Assembly: GCA_041743105.1 (NCBI GenBank) | Contig: JBGTNI010000015.1 | Span: 5,667-69,666, forward strand | DNA from: Mycobacteriales bacterium | GTDB lineage: Bacteria > Actinomycetota > Actinomycetes > Mycobacteriales > QHCE01 | DNA length: 64,000 nucleotides | Reading direction: 5' to 3' | Part shown: positions 26,067-35,543 of the stretch, piece by piece | Numbering within the stretch: position 1 is the stretch's first letter | How the letters are laid out: every line of letters begins with the position of its first letter | Notes under the pieces: generated by a model | Database searches by the model: none | Seen by the model: only the letters and a program-made list of their open reading frames with translations | What the model was told of the DNA's origin: nothing | Translations under genes and position numbers: made by a program

Positions 26067-28091
26067 CTAAGTCACGTTCCATGTCGTAGCCCGCATCGGG
26101 GACCACCTGCTGCCGCACGACAGCGTGCTATCGGTGGCCACACAGGACACGTTCGGTACGGCGATTAACGTGGCGGACTCCCGTTGATTCCCGACAGCGG
26201 GCTGACCAGTGGCTCGCTCCACCGACTCTAGAGCCTTCAGCGCAACCGTGCCGACTGTAGTGGGATTACTCGAATCGTCGGAGAAGGCTAACACCCGCAC
26301 GCGATTACCTTCGGCAACACCGACCATGAGGCTAGCACCGGCGTCGCGGCCTTGTGGGGCAACGAATGCAGGCCGCTTGCCGCTCCACACGCGTGCGCGA
26401 TCGCGGATACGAACCACCTCGACACCGGCGTCCTGGCCGGGGCAGACCCTGACATCCTGCGCCGCCGAGCAGCGCACGATGACTGCGAGGTCTCCACCAC
26501 GGCGAACATACGACCAGCCGGAATCGTTCCGGTAGATCGGTTCACCGCTCACCGGGTCCACCACGGCACTGCGGTGGGAGCTCACATCCTGTACGCAGAC
26601 CAGTCCCGCGCACGCGGCCACATAGCCCCCTGGGGGGAGCTCATAGTTCCACGGCTGCGCCGCATCGTCGGCACCAAGCCGAGTACCGTGCAGCACACGC
26701 TTATCGCCAGCACCGGTGACATGCAACGCGTACCCACTGGCGACGCCGAAGATTCGACCAGCCAAACGCGGCTGAGCTAGGCCGCCGGTGGCGATATCGC
26801 GAATCTTGTACTCCCCGGCCGTCGTCGCGTCGGGAACCATAACGTAGCGGTTACCGCCGGCCATGCCGTCGTAGTACATCCGATCGAAGCCGCTGGGCAC
26901 CCCGATAGACGCTTGGCTCACTGCCCGAGCATTCTCCACGGCGGGGCTCTGCGCGATGGGTACCTGCCATAACTTACGGCCGTCGGTGACGTCGATGGCG
27001 ATGACCTGACTGACGGCCTCGGTGGGGCGTTCGGCGAAGATCGCTGTCGTTCCGGCGTAGCCAAGCAAGACCCCGTCGGCGAACGTACGGGTGATCTCGC
27101 CCGTCACCGCCGACACCACCAGGGCCTGATCTCCGCCATATGCGATGACGGCTGGACCGGTCGATGCCAGTGCTACCCCGATGGATTGCCGGTCTAGCTT
27201 CCAGCGGGACTCTCCGTCCCGCTGGCCACGACCGATCAGGGAACAGCTTTTCGGCTTCTCGCGAGTGCGAACTATCGGCCCCTGGCCTTGTCGGGAGCGT
27301 TGCGCCGAAATCGCCACATTCTGTGATGCAGGTTGGCACTCCACGCTGACGATCGTGTCGTTGACGGCGACTATGTCCAGGGTAAGCCGGGAGTCCGGCG
27401 CCTGCCACACCTGCTCGAAAGCGCCAGATGAGCTCGCGCTGGCACGGGACGAGTCTTTCGAGCCAATGAGGTGATACATCGTCCCCACGACCAACAGCGC
27501 CAAGACCACAGCGACCACCACGATCAAGCGGCCGCCGCGCCGCCGCGCCGCCGGCAGCCTCACGTACGGCGGGCTCGTAGGTGGGGCGGTGAATTCTGAC
27601 TCGGTGAACGCTAGATAGCGCTGCGGAACGGTCCTCGCCAATTCTGACTGAACCGCGATGGTCGGTACGGCGGAGCACCATACCGGCGGAGTGTGCACGA
27701 GTTCGGAGGCGGCACGGGCCGGCGGAACAAACCGCGTGGTCTCCTGCTCGATACCGACCCATTCGGTGGTTTGGCCATCCTCGGTGAGCGATCGATTCAC
27801 TGCTGGCTGCACGCTTACCGGCCACAGGGGCGCAAACACCGATGGTGCTTGGAGTGCCGCGGGATCGATCGGCAGCTGATCGGGGTGTGCCTGGCGATAG
27901 GTCAGCTGCTCGGCGAGATGAGCGGGGTCGACAGGCTCCAGAGGCCCGTAGAAACTGCGCTGGCCGTAGGACAGCGGACGGCCATAATCGTCGACACCCC
28001 AATACGGGTCGCGTTGTGAATACGGCCGTACTGCTTCGGTCACAGCGTTATCGTGCAACCACGCGACACTGACGGCCGGTAACAACATCAA
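26067..28091 (-). CDS. membrane-anchored PQQ-like beta-propeller repeat protein (paralog)
   Basis: 674 aa. Long Pro-rich N-terminus, TM helix (LIVVVAVVLALLVVG), blades with DGESRWKL / DGRKLWQV. The C-terminal Cys pair motif is shared with 24380-26044. Start uncertain. Confidence 0.6.
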   Translation of the reverse strand: MMLLPAVSVAWLHDNAVTEAVRPYSQRDPYWGVDDYGRPLSYGQRSFYGPLEPVDPAHLAEQLTYRQAHPDQLPIDPAALQAPSVFAPLWPVSVQPAVNRSLTEDGQTTEWVGIEQETTRFVPPARAASELVHTPPVWCSAVPTIAVQSELARTVPQRYLAFTESEFTAPPTSPPYVRLPAARRRGGRLIVVVAVVLALLVVGTMYHLIGSKDSSRASASSSGAFEQVWQAPDSRLTLDIVAVNDTIVSVECQPASQNVAISAQRSRQGQGPIVRTREKPKSCSLIGRGQRDGESRWKLDRQSIGVALASTGPAVIAYGGDQALVVSAVTGEITRTFADGVLLGYAGTTAIFAERPTEAVSQVIAIDVTDGRKLWQVPIAQSPAVENARAVSQASIGVPSGFDRMYYDGMAGGNRYVMVPDATTAGEYKIRDIATGGLAQPRLAGRIFGVASGYALHVTGAGDKRVLHGTRLGADDAAQPWNYELPPGGYVAACAGLVCVQDVSSHRSAVVDPVSGEPIYRNDSGWSYVRRGGDLAVIVRCSAAQDVRVCPGQDAGVEVVRIRDRARVWSGKRPAFVAPQGRDAGASLMVGVAEGNRVRVLAFSDDSSNPTTVGTVALKALESVERATGQPAVGNQRESATLIAVPNVSCVATDSTLSCGSRWSPMRATTWNVT

Positions 28092-28232
28092 GTTCGGACC
28101 GAACGCCCGAGTACATACCAGCTACACGGTCTGTCTGAATAACGGGGGTTTGGGTTGATGTGGCGGAGCGGCCGTTTCACCGTCGATTGAATGACACCAC
28201 AACTGCTACGCCTCCTGCCAGGCGACCTGGCA

Positions 28233-28898
28233 TCAGGATGGAGTGCGGCGATGCTCCGGCGCCGCGCCGCGGGAGACGAAGGTGGCGGCAAAGGCGCGAA
28301 ACTCCTGCGCGGCAAGATCTTCGCGGTCCCCCAGCTCGGCAACGGACGACCGCACGGCGTCCAGGGCGTCACCATCCTGGCCGAGCAGCGTTAACGCGAC
28401 CGGCAATCGGTAGACCAACTGGTGGGGAAAACCATAGTCGCCCAATCGCAAAGTGACCGCCAGGGCCTCTAGGCAGGAGTGCGCCTTAAAGAACGGGAAG
28501 GCATAGGTGGCAATGGTGTCGACCATCTTCCTTACCTGACGTTCGAGCTTTTTCTCCCGGACCCCTTCGAACAAATAGTGAGTGCCGAACTCACTGAAGG
28601 GGCCCCTGGCAAGCTGGCTGAGAGGGGCGCTGATCGTCAGGGGAAAGTACGGGTGGAACTTCACGCCGCGGCGGCGTGCCACCTCCCGCTCCACCGCCTG
28701 GTGGCCCACCCCGAGCACCGGATTGATCAGTAGTTTGTCGTCCCCTCGTCGCACAGCTCGGTTCAGCCCCACCCACCCGAACACGTCGGGCGCCACCTCG
28801 ATAGTGCTGCCATAGCGCCGGCGGGTGAAACCGAGACCCCGGAGACTCTCATCGGCGACACCGATCACCGCGTCGATAAGCTGCCGGGAGGCGCCCAT
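28233..28898 (-). CDS. hypothetical protein (221 aa)
   Basis: ORF with coding-like composition between rnj and the PQQ-like pair. No motif recognised. Confidence 0.5.
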   Translation of the reverse strand: MGASRQLIDAVIGVADESLRGLGFTRRRYGSTIEVAPDVFGWVGLNRAVRRGDDKLLINPVLGVGHQAVEREVARRRGVKFHPYFPLTISAPLSQLARGPFSEFGTHYLFEGVREKKLERQVRKMVDTIATYAFPFFKAHSCLEALAVTLRLGDYGFPHQLVYRLPVALTLLGQDGDALDAVRSSVAELGDREDLAAQEFRAFAATFVSRGAAPEHRRTPS

Positions 28899-28935
28899 TA
28901 CCAGGAACGTCCCCTCATGCTGTATCTCTCCACGG

Positions 28936-30651
28936 CTAAACGTGCAGCACAGACGGCACGATCATGGGGCGTCGCCGGTAGGTGGAGCTCACCCACTTGC
29001 CGACTGTGCGCCGCAGAATCTGCTGTAGCTGACGGGTGTCTTTTACACCTTCAGCGCCCGCCGCCGATAGTGCCGTCATGATCAGCGGCAACACCGCGTC
29101 GAAGTCGGGTTCGTCGGTGAAGCCTCGGCCGGCGACATACGGCCCACCCACGACCTTGCCCGTGACCTCATCGATCACGACGGTGGCCGAGACGAAGCCT
29201 TCATCGCCGAGGATGCGCCGATCGGTGAGCGAGGTCTCCCCTACTTCGTCTACGGCCAATCCGTCGACATAGACGTAACGGTTGGGAACTGTGCCGACCA
29301 GGCGCGCCCGTCCCTCCACCAGGTCGACCACATCCCCATCGGCGGCAATCACGACGTGGTCGCTAGGCACACCGGTGAGTTCGGCAAGCCGAGCGTTCGC
29401 CTGCAGGTGTCGCCACTCGCCATGCACCGGCATCACATTGCGCGGTTTGACCATGTTGTAGAGATAAAGCAGCTCACCGGCAGGCGCATGACCAGAAACG
29501 TGGACCTTGGCGACCTCTTTGTGAATGACAGTGGCACCGAGCCGCACCAAAGCATTGATCACCCGATACACCGAACTTTCGTTCCCGGGAACCAGGCTGG
29601 AGGCCAGCACGATCATGTCGCCGGGCTGGATATGGATGTGGTGATGGTCACGAGCGGCGAGCCGGCCCAGCGCGCTCATCGGTTCACCCTGCGAGCCAGT
29701 GCTCATCAGCACGATCTCCTCAGGCGGTAACTCGATAGCCTCCTCCATCGAGATCAACGTCTGGTGCGGAATGGTGAGGAGCCCTAGGTCCTTGGCCACG
29801 CCCATGTTACGAACCATGGAGCGTCCCACGAAGGCGACTTTCCGCCGGTGGGCGGCGGCGGCGTTGAGTACTTGCTGCACCCGGTGCACGTGGGAGGCAA
29901 AGCTTGCCACCACGATCGCCCGCGGGGCGGCGCGGAACAGTTGATCGAGCACGGGGCCGATCTCGCGTTCGGGCGTAACGAAGCCGGGAACCTCAGCATT
30001 GGTGGAGTCCGACAGCAGCAGATCGACTCCCTCGCGACCCAAGCGGGCGAAACCACCCAGGTCGGTGAGCCGACCGTCCAGCGGCAGCTGATCCATCTTG
30101 AAGTCGCCGGTGTGCAGCACGGTGCCGGCGGTCGTGGTGATCGCGACGGCAAGCGCATCGGGGATGGAGTGGTTTACCGCGAAGAATTCGCACTGGAACG
30201 GGCCGAGTTTTTCGCGCTGCTCTTCGGATACGGTCAGGCTGTAGGGCTTGATCCGGTGCTCAACAAGTTTTGCTTCTACCAGCGCTAATGTGAATTGCGA
30301 TCCGACCAGCGGAAGATCTGGTTTGAGACGAAGTAGGTACGGCACACCGCCGATGTGGTCCTCGTGGCCGTGTGTCAACACGACCGCGACGATGTCGCCG
30401 AGGCGGTCGGCGATGGGCGAGAAATCCGGCAGGATGACGTCGACACCACGGTGCTCGGGTTCGGGGAACAGCACGCCGCAGTCGACGATGAGCAGTTTGC
30501 CTTGATACTCGAAGACCGTCATGTTGCGGCCGATGGCACCCAGTCCGCCCAGGGAGACTACCCGCAACCCGTCGGGGTCTAACTCGGGTAGTGGGGCCTG
30601 CTGGTCGGCAGGCTTGGCAGCTGCGGAGGTTTGGACTTGCGAACGTGTCAT
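28936..30651 (-). CDS. rnj: ribonuclease J
   Basis: Metallo-beta-lactamase/beta-CASP signature (LTHGHEDHIGG), typical RNase J N-terminus LRVVSLGGLGAIGRNMTVFEY. The ORF extends to a TTG at 30702; the ATG at 30651 (MTRSQVQ) is the more likely start. Confidence 0.92.
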   Translation of the reverse strand: MTRSQVQTSAAAKPADQQAPLPELDPDGLRVVSLGGLGAIGRNMTVFEYQGKLLIVDCGVLFPEPEHRGVDVILPDFSPIADRLGDIVAVVLTHGHEDHIGGVPYLLRLKPDLPLVGSQFTLALVEAKLVEHRIKPYSLTVSEEQREKLGPFQCEFFAVNHSIPDALAVAITTTAGTVLHTGDFKMDQLPLDGRLTDLGGFARLGREGVDLLLSDSTNAEVPGFVTPEREIGPVLDQLFRAAPRAIVVASFASHVHRVQQVLNAAAAHRRKVAFVGRSMVRNMGVAKDLGLLTIPHQTLISMEEAIELPPEEIVLMSTGSQGEPMSALGRLAARDHHHIHIQPGDMIVLASSLVPGNESSVYRVINALVRLGATVIHKEVAKVHVSGHAPAGELLYLYNMVKPRNVMPVHGEWRHLQANARLAELTGVPSDHVVIAADGDVVDLVEGRARLVGTVPNRYVYVDGLAVDEVGETSLTDRRILGDEGFVSATVVIDEVTGKVVGGPYVAGRGFTDEPDFDAVLPLIMTALSAAGAEGVKDTRQLQQILRRTVGKWVSSTYRRRPMIVPSVLHV

Positions 30652-30706
30652 ATGCGAATAACTCTCATGTTGGTTAGCTTTACTAAGTGGTTTCGTTACC
30701 AAGGGT

Positions 30707-30812
30707 GTCCGTCAATAGGTTACTGCCAAGGCCGCGGGAGCCGCCGCCTACGAGGAAGCGTGGAGCAAGGCGGCTCGAGCAACGGAACGTCGGCGGGGGC
30801 CTATTGACGGAT
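30707..30812 (+). repeat. MITE/REP-like palindromic element, copy B
   Basis: TIRs TCCGTCAATAGG (30708-30719) / CCTATTGACGGA (30800-30811). Core TACTGCCAAGGCCGCGGGAGCCGCCGC...AAGGCGGCTCGAG. Lies in the dapA-rnj intergenic spacer. Confidence 0.75.
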
Positions 30813-30847
30813 GACCTATGCCGTCCCGAAGTAGCTCATGTGCAGGG

Positions 30848-31798
30848 TCATAGGACTGCACTCGCCGAGCTACTTTCGCTCCGATGAGTAACAGGTGCTG
30901 CGGTAGAGATATTGGCCGCGGCCAGGTCAGCGGCGAGCTGCTCGCGCTGCTGCGCGGTGGCATCGACCAACGGGGAGCGCACCGGGCCGCCTGGAAGCCC
31001 CATGGCAGTCAAGGCAGCCTTGACGGTGATGACACCTTGAGTTCGGAAGATGCCGGTGTAGGCGGGCAAGAGTTCTTGATGCACTGCCCGGGCGGTGGTC
31101 ACGTCTCCTGCCTCGTAGGCATCGAGCATAGCTCGCATTCTGGCCGCGGCCACGTGGCCTACCACGGAGACGAATCCCACCGCACCAATCGACAGTAACG
31201 GAAGGTTGAGCATGTCTTCGCCGGAGTAGTACACAAGCTTACTACGTGCCATCACCCACGAGGTCGCCCCGAGGTCACCTTTAGCGTCCTTGACGGCCAG
31301 GATGTGTGGATGGTCGGCGAGTCGGACCAAAGTTTCGGTCTCGATAGGCACTCCGCAACGACCCGGAATGTCGTAGAGCATCACAGGAAGCTCGGTGGCA
31401 TCCGCGGCGGCCATAAAATGCCGCAACAGGCCCGCCTGCGGCGGCTTGCTGTAGTAAGGAGTAACCAGGAGCAGCCCGTGGGCACCGATGGCCTGTGCGC
31501 GGTGCGCGAGTTCTACGGTGTGATCGGTGTCGTTGGTCCCGACCCCGGCGATCACACGAGCGCGGTCTCCCACCGCGTCCAGCACCGCGCGTAGCAGCTC
31601 GCTCTTCTCCGCATCGCTGGTGGTGGGGGCCTCTCCGGTGGTGCCGTTGACGACAAGGCCGTCGTTACCGGAGTCGACCAGGTAGCTGGCAAGTCGCCCC
31701 GCCCCGTCGAGGTCGAGCGCTCCGTCGTCGGTAAAAGGCGTAACCATTGCGGTCAACATGCGACCGAACGGTCTGCCAGCACGATGTTGACTACTCAT
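30848..31798 (-). CDS. dapA: 4-hydroxy-tetrahydrodipicolinate synthase
   Basis: 316 aa. Typical DapA pattern (GTTGEAPT, YYSKPPQ, YDIPGR, VKDAKGD). Confidence 0.95.
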   Translation of the reverse strand: MSSQHRAGRPFGRMLTAMVTPFTDDGALDLDGAGRLASYLVDSGNDGLVVNGTTGEAPTTSDAEKSELLRAVLDAVGDRARVIAGVGTNDTDHTVELAHRAQAIGAHGLLLVTPYYSKPPQAGLLRHFMAAADATELPVMLYDIPGRCGVPIETETLVRLADHPHILAVKDAKGDLGATSWVMARSKLVYYSGEDMLNLPLLSIGAVGFVSVVGHVAAARMRAMLDAYEAGDVTTARAVHQELLPAYTGIFRTQGVITVKAALTAMGLPGGPVRSPLVDATAQQREQLAADLAAANISTAAPVTHRSESSSASAVL

Positions 31799-32152
31799 AC
31801 GCTCACGCTAGCAGCGACCACCGTCATTGCGTCGACAAACACTGGTGGGCCACCGACTAACCGCTCTACCGGGAGTGGAGATCCGATAGGAACGAAGCTA
31901 TCCGGCATGCTCTGAGATCTGGCTGGTGGCACGAAACCACAGTGCCGCAGCCACCATGATCACGTCAAATTATAGGCAAACACAACAGCTGTCGTGCTCA
32001 AACACAAAGAAGAACCCCGTGACGCACCAGTCGGGGGCCGGGACGTAACGGGGTTCTGAGGGTTTATCGGCTCCGATGGCTCAGGTGTTACAGGGTAGCT
32101 CGACAACCTTCTCGCTGGTGCCGCACTTTGAATTTAGTGCTACACTTCTAGT

Positions 32153-32422
32153 ATGCCTACTGTCCGTCCACGCCACACGATCACAGAGACCGACCGGGTT
32201 GCCCAGGCTATCGATCGAGCAGCGCAACGCTGGCCTGACGAGCGGGGTTCCAGGGCGCGATTGCTGCAGCGACTCATCGAAGAGGGGGAGCACGCTATCC
32301 AGGAGCGCGGTGAGGACGCGGCTCGGCTTCGGCGAGAGGCTATTGCGCGGACTAGCGGCGCCCTCACCGGCACCTACGGTGAGGACTACCTTGACCGACT
32401 ACGTCAAGACTGGCCGGAATGA
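32153..32422 (+). CDS. type II antitoxin (ribbon-helix-helix-like, VapB-type)
   Basis: 89 aa. 4-nt ATGA overlap with the downstream PIN toxin. N-terminal basic beta-strand-like segment (RPRHTITETDRVAQAIDRAA). Confidence 0.7.
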   Translation: MPTVRPRHTITETDRVAQAIDRAAQRWPDERGSRARLLQRLIEEGEHAIQERGEDAARLRREAIARTSGALTGTYGEDYLDRLRQDWPE

Positions 32423-32805
32423 TCGTTGTCGACGCTAGCGTGCTCATCGCTCACCTTGACACCACCGACGCCGCACACGATGCAGCCGAGAGCTTGCTGC
32501 TGGCTCATGCCACCAGCCCGTTTTCCGCCAGCCCGATCACCTTGGCAGAGGTGCTCGTCGGCCCCACACGCGCCGGACGACAGGCGGAAGCCGGCGCGGC
32601 GCTACTGGATCTCGGGATTGGCACAATCCCGCTCCCGGCGGACGCACCTACGCGTTTGGCTGCGCTCCGAGTGGCCACAGCGCTTAAACTTCCGGACTGC
32701 TGCGTGTTACTCGCGACCCAGCAGTGCAACGCTGTGAGCATTGCCACGTTCGACCAGCGACTAGCCGCGCGCGCCAAAGAGTTGGGGTTCACGGTTGCGA
32801 GGTGA
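32419..32805 (+). CDS. vapC: PIN-domain toxin VapC
   Basis: 128 aa. MIVVDASVLIAHL start, conserved acidic residues, C-terminal ATFDQRLA. Confidence 0.85.
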   Translation: MIVVDASVLIAHLDTTDAAHDAAESLLLAHATSPFSASPITLAEVLVGPTRAGRQAEAGAALLDLGIGTIPLPADAPTRLAALRVATALKLPDCCVLLATQQCNAVSIATFDQRLAARAKELGFTVAR

Positions 32806-32816
32806 AACACCGAAGA

Positions 32817-33158
32817 TCACGGGTCCTCGGTGCTGGAGATGCGATACTTCCGCACCTCCGCATTGCGGATCTGTGCGGCTTGCTCGGCGTCCGGACCCGA
32901 ATCGCGGAACGCAAGCAGCTGCTCGTCGGACTCCCAGCGTTCATACACGTTGATCCGATCCGGCTGGATCGGATCGGCCGCGATGGCGAAGTCGAGGCAG
33001 CCCGATGCTGCTCGGGCCTGCTCTACGACGGTGACGCATTCGGCGGCGTAAAGGTCGCGCTCGGCGCTATCGACCTGGAGCCATCCGGCGACGATAAGCA
33101 TGGTGCCCCCCACGGGTACTTTCACACGCCGATCGACGGTGACACTACATATGACCAT
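32817..33158 (-). CDS. antibiotic-biosynthesis-monooxygenase (ABM/Dabb fold) domain protein
   Basis: The ORF contains ...LIVAGWLQVDSAERDLY...CLDFAIAADPIQPDRINVYERWESDEQLLAFR, typical of ABM domains. The likely start is the internal MLIVAGW. Confidence 0.65.
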   Translation of the reverse strand: MVICSVTVDRRVKVPVGGTMLIVAGWLQVDSAERDLYAAECVTVVEQARAASGCLDFAIAADPIQPDRINVYERWESDEQLLAFRDSGPDAEQAAQIRNAEVRKYRISSTEDP

Positions 33159-33210
33159 CGCCGGATCGAAAAGTCATCGCTATCTACAAGAATCGAGCCA
33201 ACGGCACCCT

Positions 33211-33963
33211 CTAGCCTTCAGTCACCAGCGGACTGGAAGCCACCTCGGTGCCGTCGGGTAGCGCGCTGATGGTGAAGTCGGCGAAGACACTCGACGCGAC
33301 GTCGCCCAGTTGCCTCAGACACTCCACCGCAAGCGCACGGATCTCGGTGTCGGCGTGCTCGCTGGCACGCATAGCGATGAAATGCCGCCACGCCCGGTAG
33401 TTACCGGTCACTACGATGCGGGTCTCGGTGGCGTTGGGTAGCACACTGCGGGCCGCTTGCCGAGCTTGTTTGCGGCGTGACGTGGCGTTTTCCACGTCGG
33501 CGAACTTCTTCTCCAGATCCTCCAGCAGCTCGGTGTAGGCCTGTTGCGCCGATTGCGTCGCGGCGAGGAACTTCTGGTGCAGTTCGGGATCGTCGGCGAT
33601 GACACTGGGTTCCACCATGGCGGCGTCACGCTCGGGCACGTACCGCTGGGAGAGCTGACTGTAGGAGAAGTGCCGGTGACGGATCAGCTCATGGGTCAGC
33701 GATCGAGACAGCCCCGTGAGATAGAAACTCACCACTCCGTGCTCCAGCACCGAAAGATGACCCACGTCGAGAATGTGTCGGATGTACCCCGCGTTAGTTG
33801 CGGTAGCCGGGTTGGGTTTCTTCCATGACTGGTAGCAGGCACGACCCGCGAACTCCACCAGCGCCTGGCCACCATCGATATCGGTGGACCAGGGCACATC
33901 TTCGGGAGTCTGGAAGTTGGTCCAGCCCACCAGCTGAACCCGCATCGGTACGGTCTGGGGCAC
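33211..33963 (-). CDS. thyX: FAD-dependent thymidylate synthase ThyX
   Basis: 250 aa. ThyX motif [14 protein letters not shown]. Confidence 0.95.
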   Translation of the reverse strand: MPQTVPMRVQLVGWTNFQTPEDVPWSTDIDGGQALVEFAGRACYQSWKKPNPATATNAGYIRHILDVGHLSVLEHGVVSFYLTGLSRSLTHELIRHRHFSYSQLSQRYVPERDAAMVEPSVIADDPELHQKFLAATQSAQQAYTELLEDLEKKFADVENATSRRKQARQAARSVLPNATETRIVVTGNYRAWRHFIAMRASEHADTEIRALAVECLRQLGDVASSVFADFTISALPDGTEVASSPLVTEG

Positions 33964-34035
33964 TCTGGTTCTCCTACCTACCTCAGTTGTTCCGGCGAAT
34001 GTGGTCGAGCGGTATTCGTTACAGCAGTGAGGGTT

Positions 34036-34560
34036 CTATACGTAGAACGACGTGAACGGTTCCCATGGGAGGTTACGGGCCACCACGAACAGCACCCAAC
34101 CGAGGGCATAGCCGGCGATGATACCGCCGGGGAGACTAACTCTCGGCAGCCGAAACTTTCCGACCCGATCGGCTACAAGCACAAGATATGCGTACAGCAG
34201 CACAGGTACGGCAATAAACGCCATGAGGTGAAAACGCGCAGCCTGCAGCAGATCACCGTGCAACAGGTACCACACCATACGAGTACCGCCGCAGCCCGGA
34301 CAGTCCAGTCCCGTCATAGCCCTAAACGCACACGGACCTAGCGGGTTGAACCTATCGTCGGCAGGGTTGGTGACGAGCACCCAGGTGGCGGCGGCAGCCA
34401 TGCAGCCCAAAATGGCCAGCGGCGCCAGCCAGCGAGGCCTCGACCACAGTCGCGCGATGAACGCCTCGAATCGGCTTTCCACCACGACGACGTGTGGTTG
34501 GTGAATCGGCGGTTCGGCAGGAACTTGCGGCATATTCGCAGTCATCTCACCCGCCGTCAT
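34036..34560 (-). CDS. DUF2752-like membrane protein
   Basis: Trimmed from ORF 34036-34815 to the ATG at 34560 (MTAGEMTANMPQ...). Contains CPGCGGTRM followed by hydrophobic helices. The upstream part of the long ORF overlaps the zinc-ribbon gene in another frame. Confidence 0.65.
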   Translation of the reverse strand: MTAGEMTANMPQVPAEPPIHQPHVVVVESRFEAFIARLWSRPRWLAPLAILGCMAAAATWVLVTNPADDRFNPLGPCAFRAMTGLDCPGCGGTRMVWYLLHGDLLQAARFHLMAFIAVPVLLYAYLVLVADRVGKFRLPRVSLPGGIIAGYALGWVLFVVARNLPWEPFTSFYV

Positions 34561-34633
34561 GGAGGCGACGAGCGATGAGGTCTGCGGTGCTGTCACGGTA
34601 TCCACCGTACCCTTCGGTGCGGCGCGGACCGAT

Positions 34634-34990
34634 CTAATCGCCCAACAGGTCTTCGAAGAACGAGCGCTTCTTCTTCTTTTTGTAATGGTCGTGTCCGTAG
34701 CCACGGTCCTCGTGATGTCCCTGACTGTAACGGTGATCGTCAGAACGCTCACGACCGTAGCCGTAGGCCGGCGAGCCGGAGACCGGTGAGACTGGTGCGT
34801 TGCGCGGCGGACCATAACCGCCGCTATGGCTAGGCGTCGGCGAGTAGTAGTCCTGCGCCGCGCTGCTGAGTTTCTCCAGCTCGCCCTGGTCGAGGAATAA
34901 GCCCCGGCAGGATGTGCACTGATCGACGATCACACCGTTGCGTTCGTACTGTCGCATATCGCTCTGACATTTCGGGCAGGCCAGCTGCAT
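34634..34990 (-). CDS. TFIIB-type zinc-ribbon protein with low-complexity Gly/Tyr/His/Lys tail
   Basis: 118 aa. CPKC...x16...CTSCRG zinc ribbon, then FLDQGELEKL and a repetitive tail ending KKKKKRSFFEDLLGD. Confidence 0.7.
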   Translation of the reverse strand: MQLACPKCQSDMRQYERNGVIVDQCTSCRGLFLDQGELEKLSSAAQDYYSPTPSHSGGYGPPRNAPVSPVSGSPAYGYGRERSDDHRYSQGHHEDRGYGHDHYKKKKKRSFFEDLLGD

Positions 34991-35126
34991 CGCTACTCCT
35001 TATGGGTACTGGTGCATAAGGAAGCGATTCTGCCTCAACCTACCCGCAACCACCACTGCCGGGCCGACGAATACGCCTGGCGGTCATCACATGGGTATAT
35101 CGCCCCGACCCCCTACCTCACGACGT

Positions 35127-35543
35127 CTAGCAATTCACCAGTTCGGGTGACTGGTTGAGTAGCTGGGCACGGGGCGAGGTGAACGCGGCGAGGTCGGCAT
35201 CAGCCGTCGCATCGGTGCCGAAGACCCCCACGGCGTGGCAGTTTTGGAACGCCAACCGCACGCCCAAGTGGCGCTGCAGCGTTGCGCGCATCGCGTCGCT
35301 GGCCATGACCCGAAGCAGCTGACCGCGTGCCTGCTCATCTGGCGGCGGGGTCTGGTTGTAAACGTAACTCGACGTTTCGGTTTCTTTGCCTTGGTGCAGT
35401 TGGGCGGCTAGGTCCGCCACGAGCTGGTAGGCGTATGGAAGTGAGGTACGAATGCAGTCGGCGAAGTGTTCATCGCTGACCTCACCATGCTGGGCTTGCG
35501 AGAGCAGTTCGGGCGAAACGGTCAGCGACATACGGACCTCCAT
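35127..35543 (-). CDS. SCO5389-family-like conserved actinobacterial protein
   Basis: 138 aa. MSLTVSPELL...CIRTSLPYAY...TPPPDEQARGQLLRVMASDAMR...LAFQNCH...LLNQSPELVNC matches my memory of that family. The start may be the M at 35531. Confidence 0.55.
   Translation of the reverse strand: MEVRMSLTVSPELLSQAQHGEVSDEHFADCIRTSLPYAYQLVADLAAQLHQGKETETSSYVYNQTPPPDEQARGQLLRVMASDAMRATLQRHLGVRLAFQNCHAVGVFGTDATADADLAAFTSPRAQLLNQSPELVNC

Noticed and set aside
26974-28002. 342-aa minus-strand ORF in an alternative frame of the second PQQ-like gene
   Set aside because: It is extremely Arg/Gly/Pro-rich. It overlaps a longer ORF that has a TM helix and repeat structure shared with a paralog. I judge it an out-of-frame artefact.
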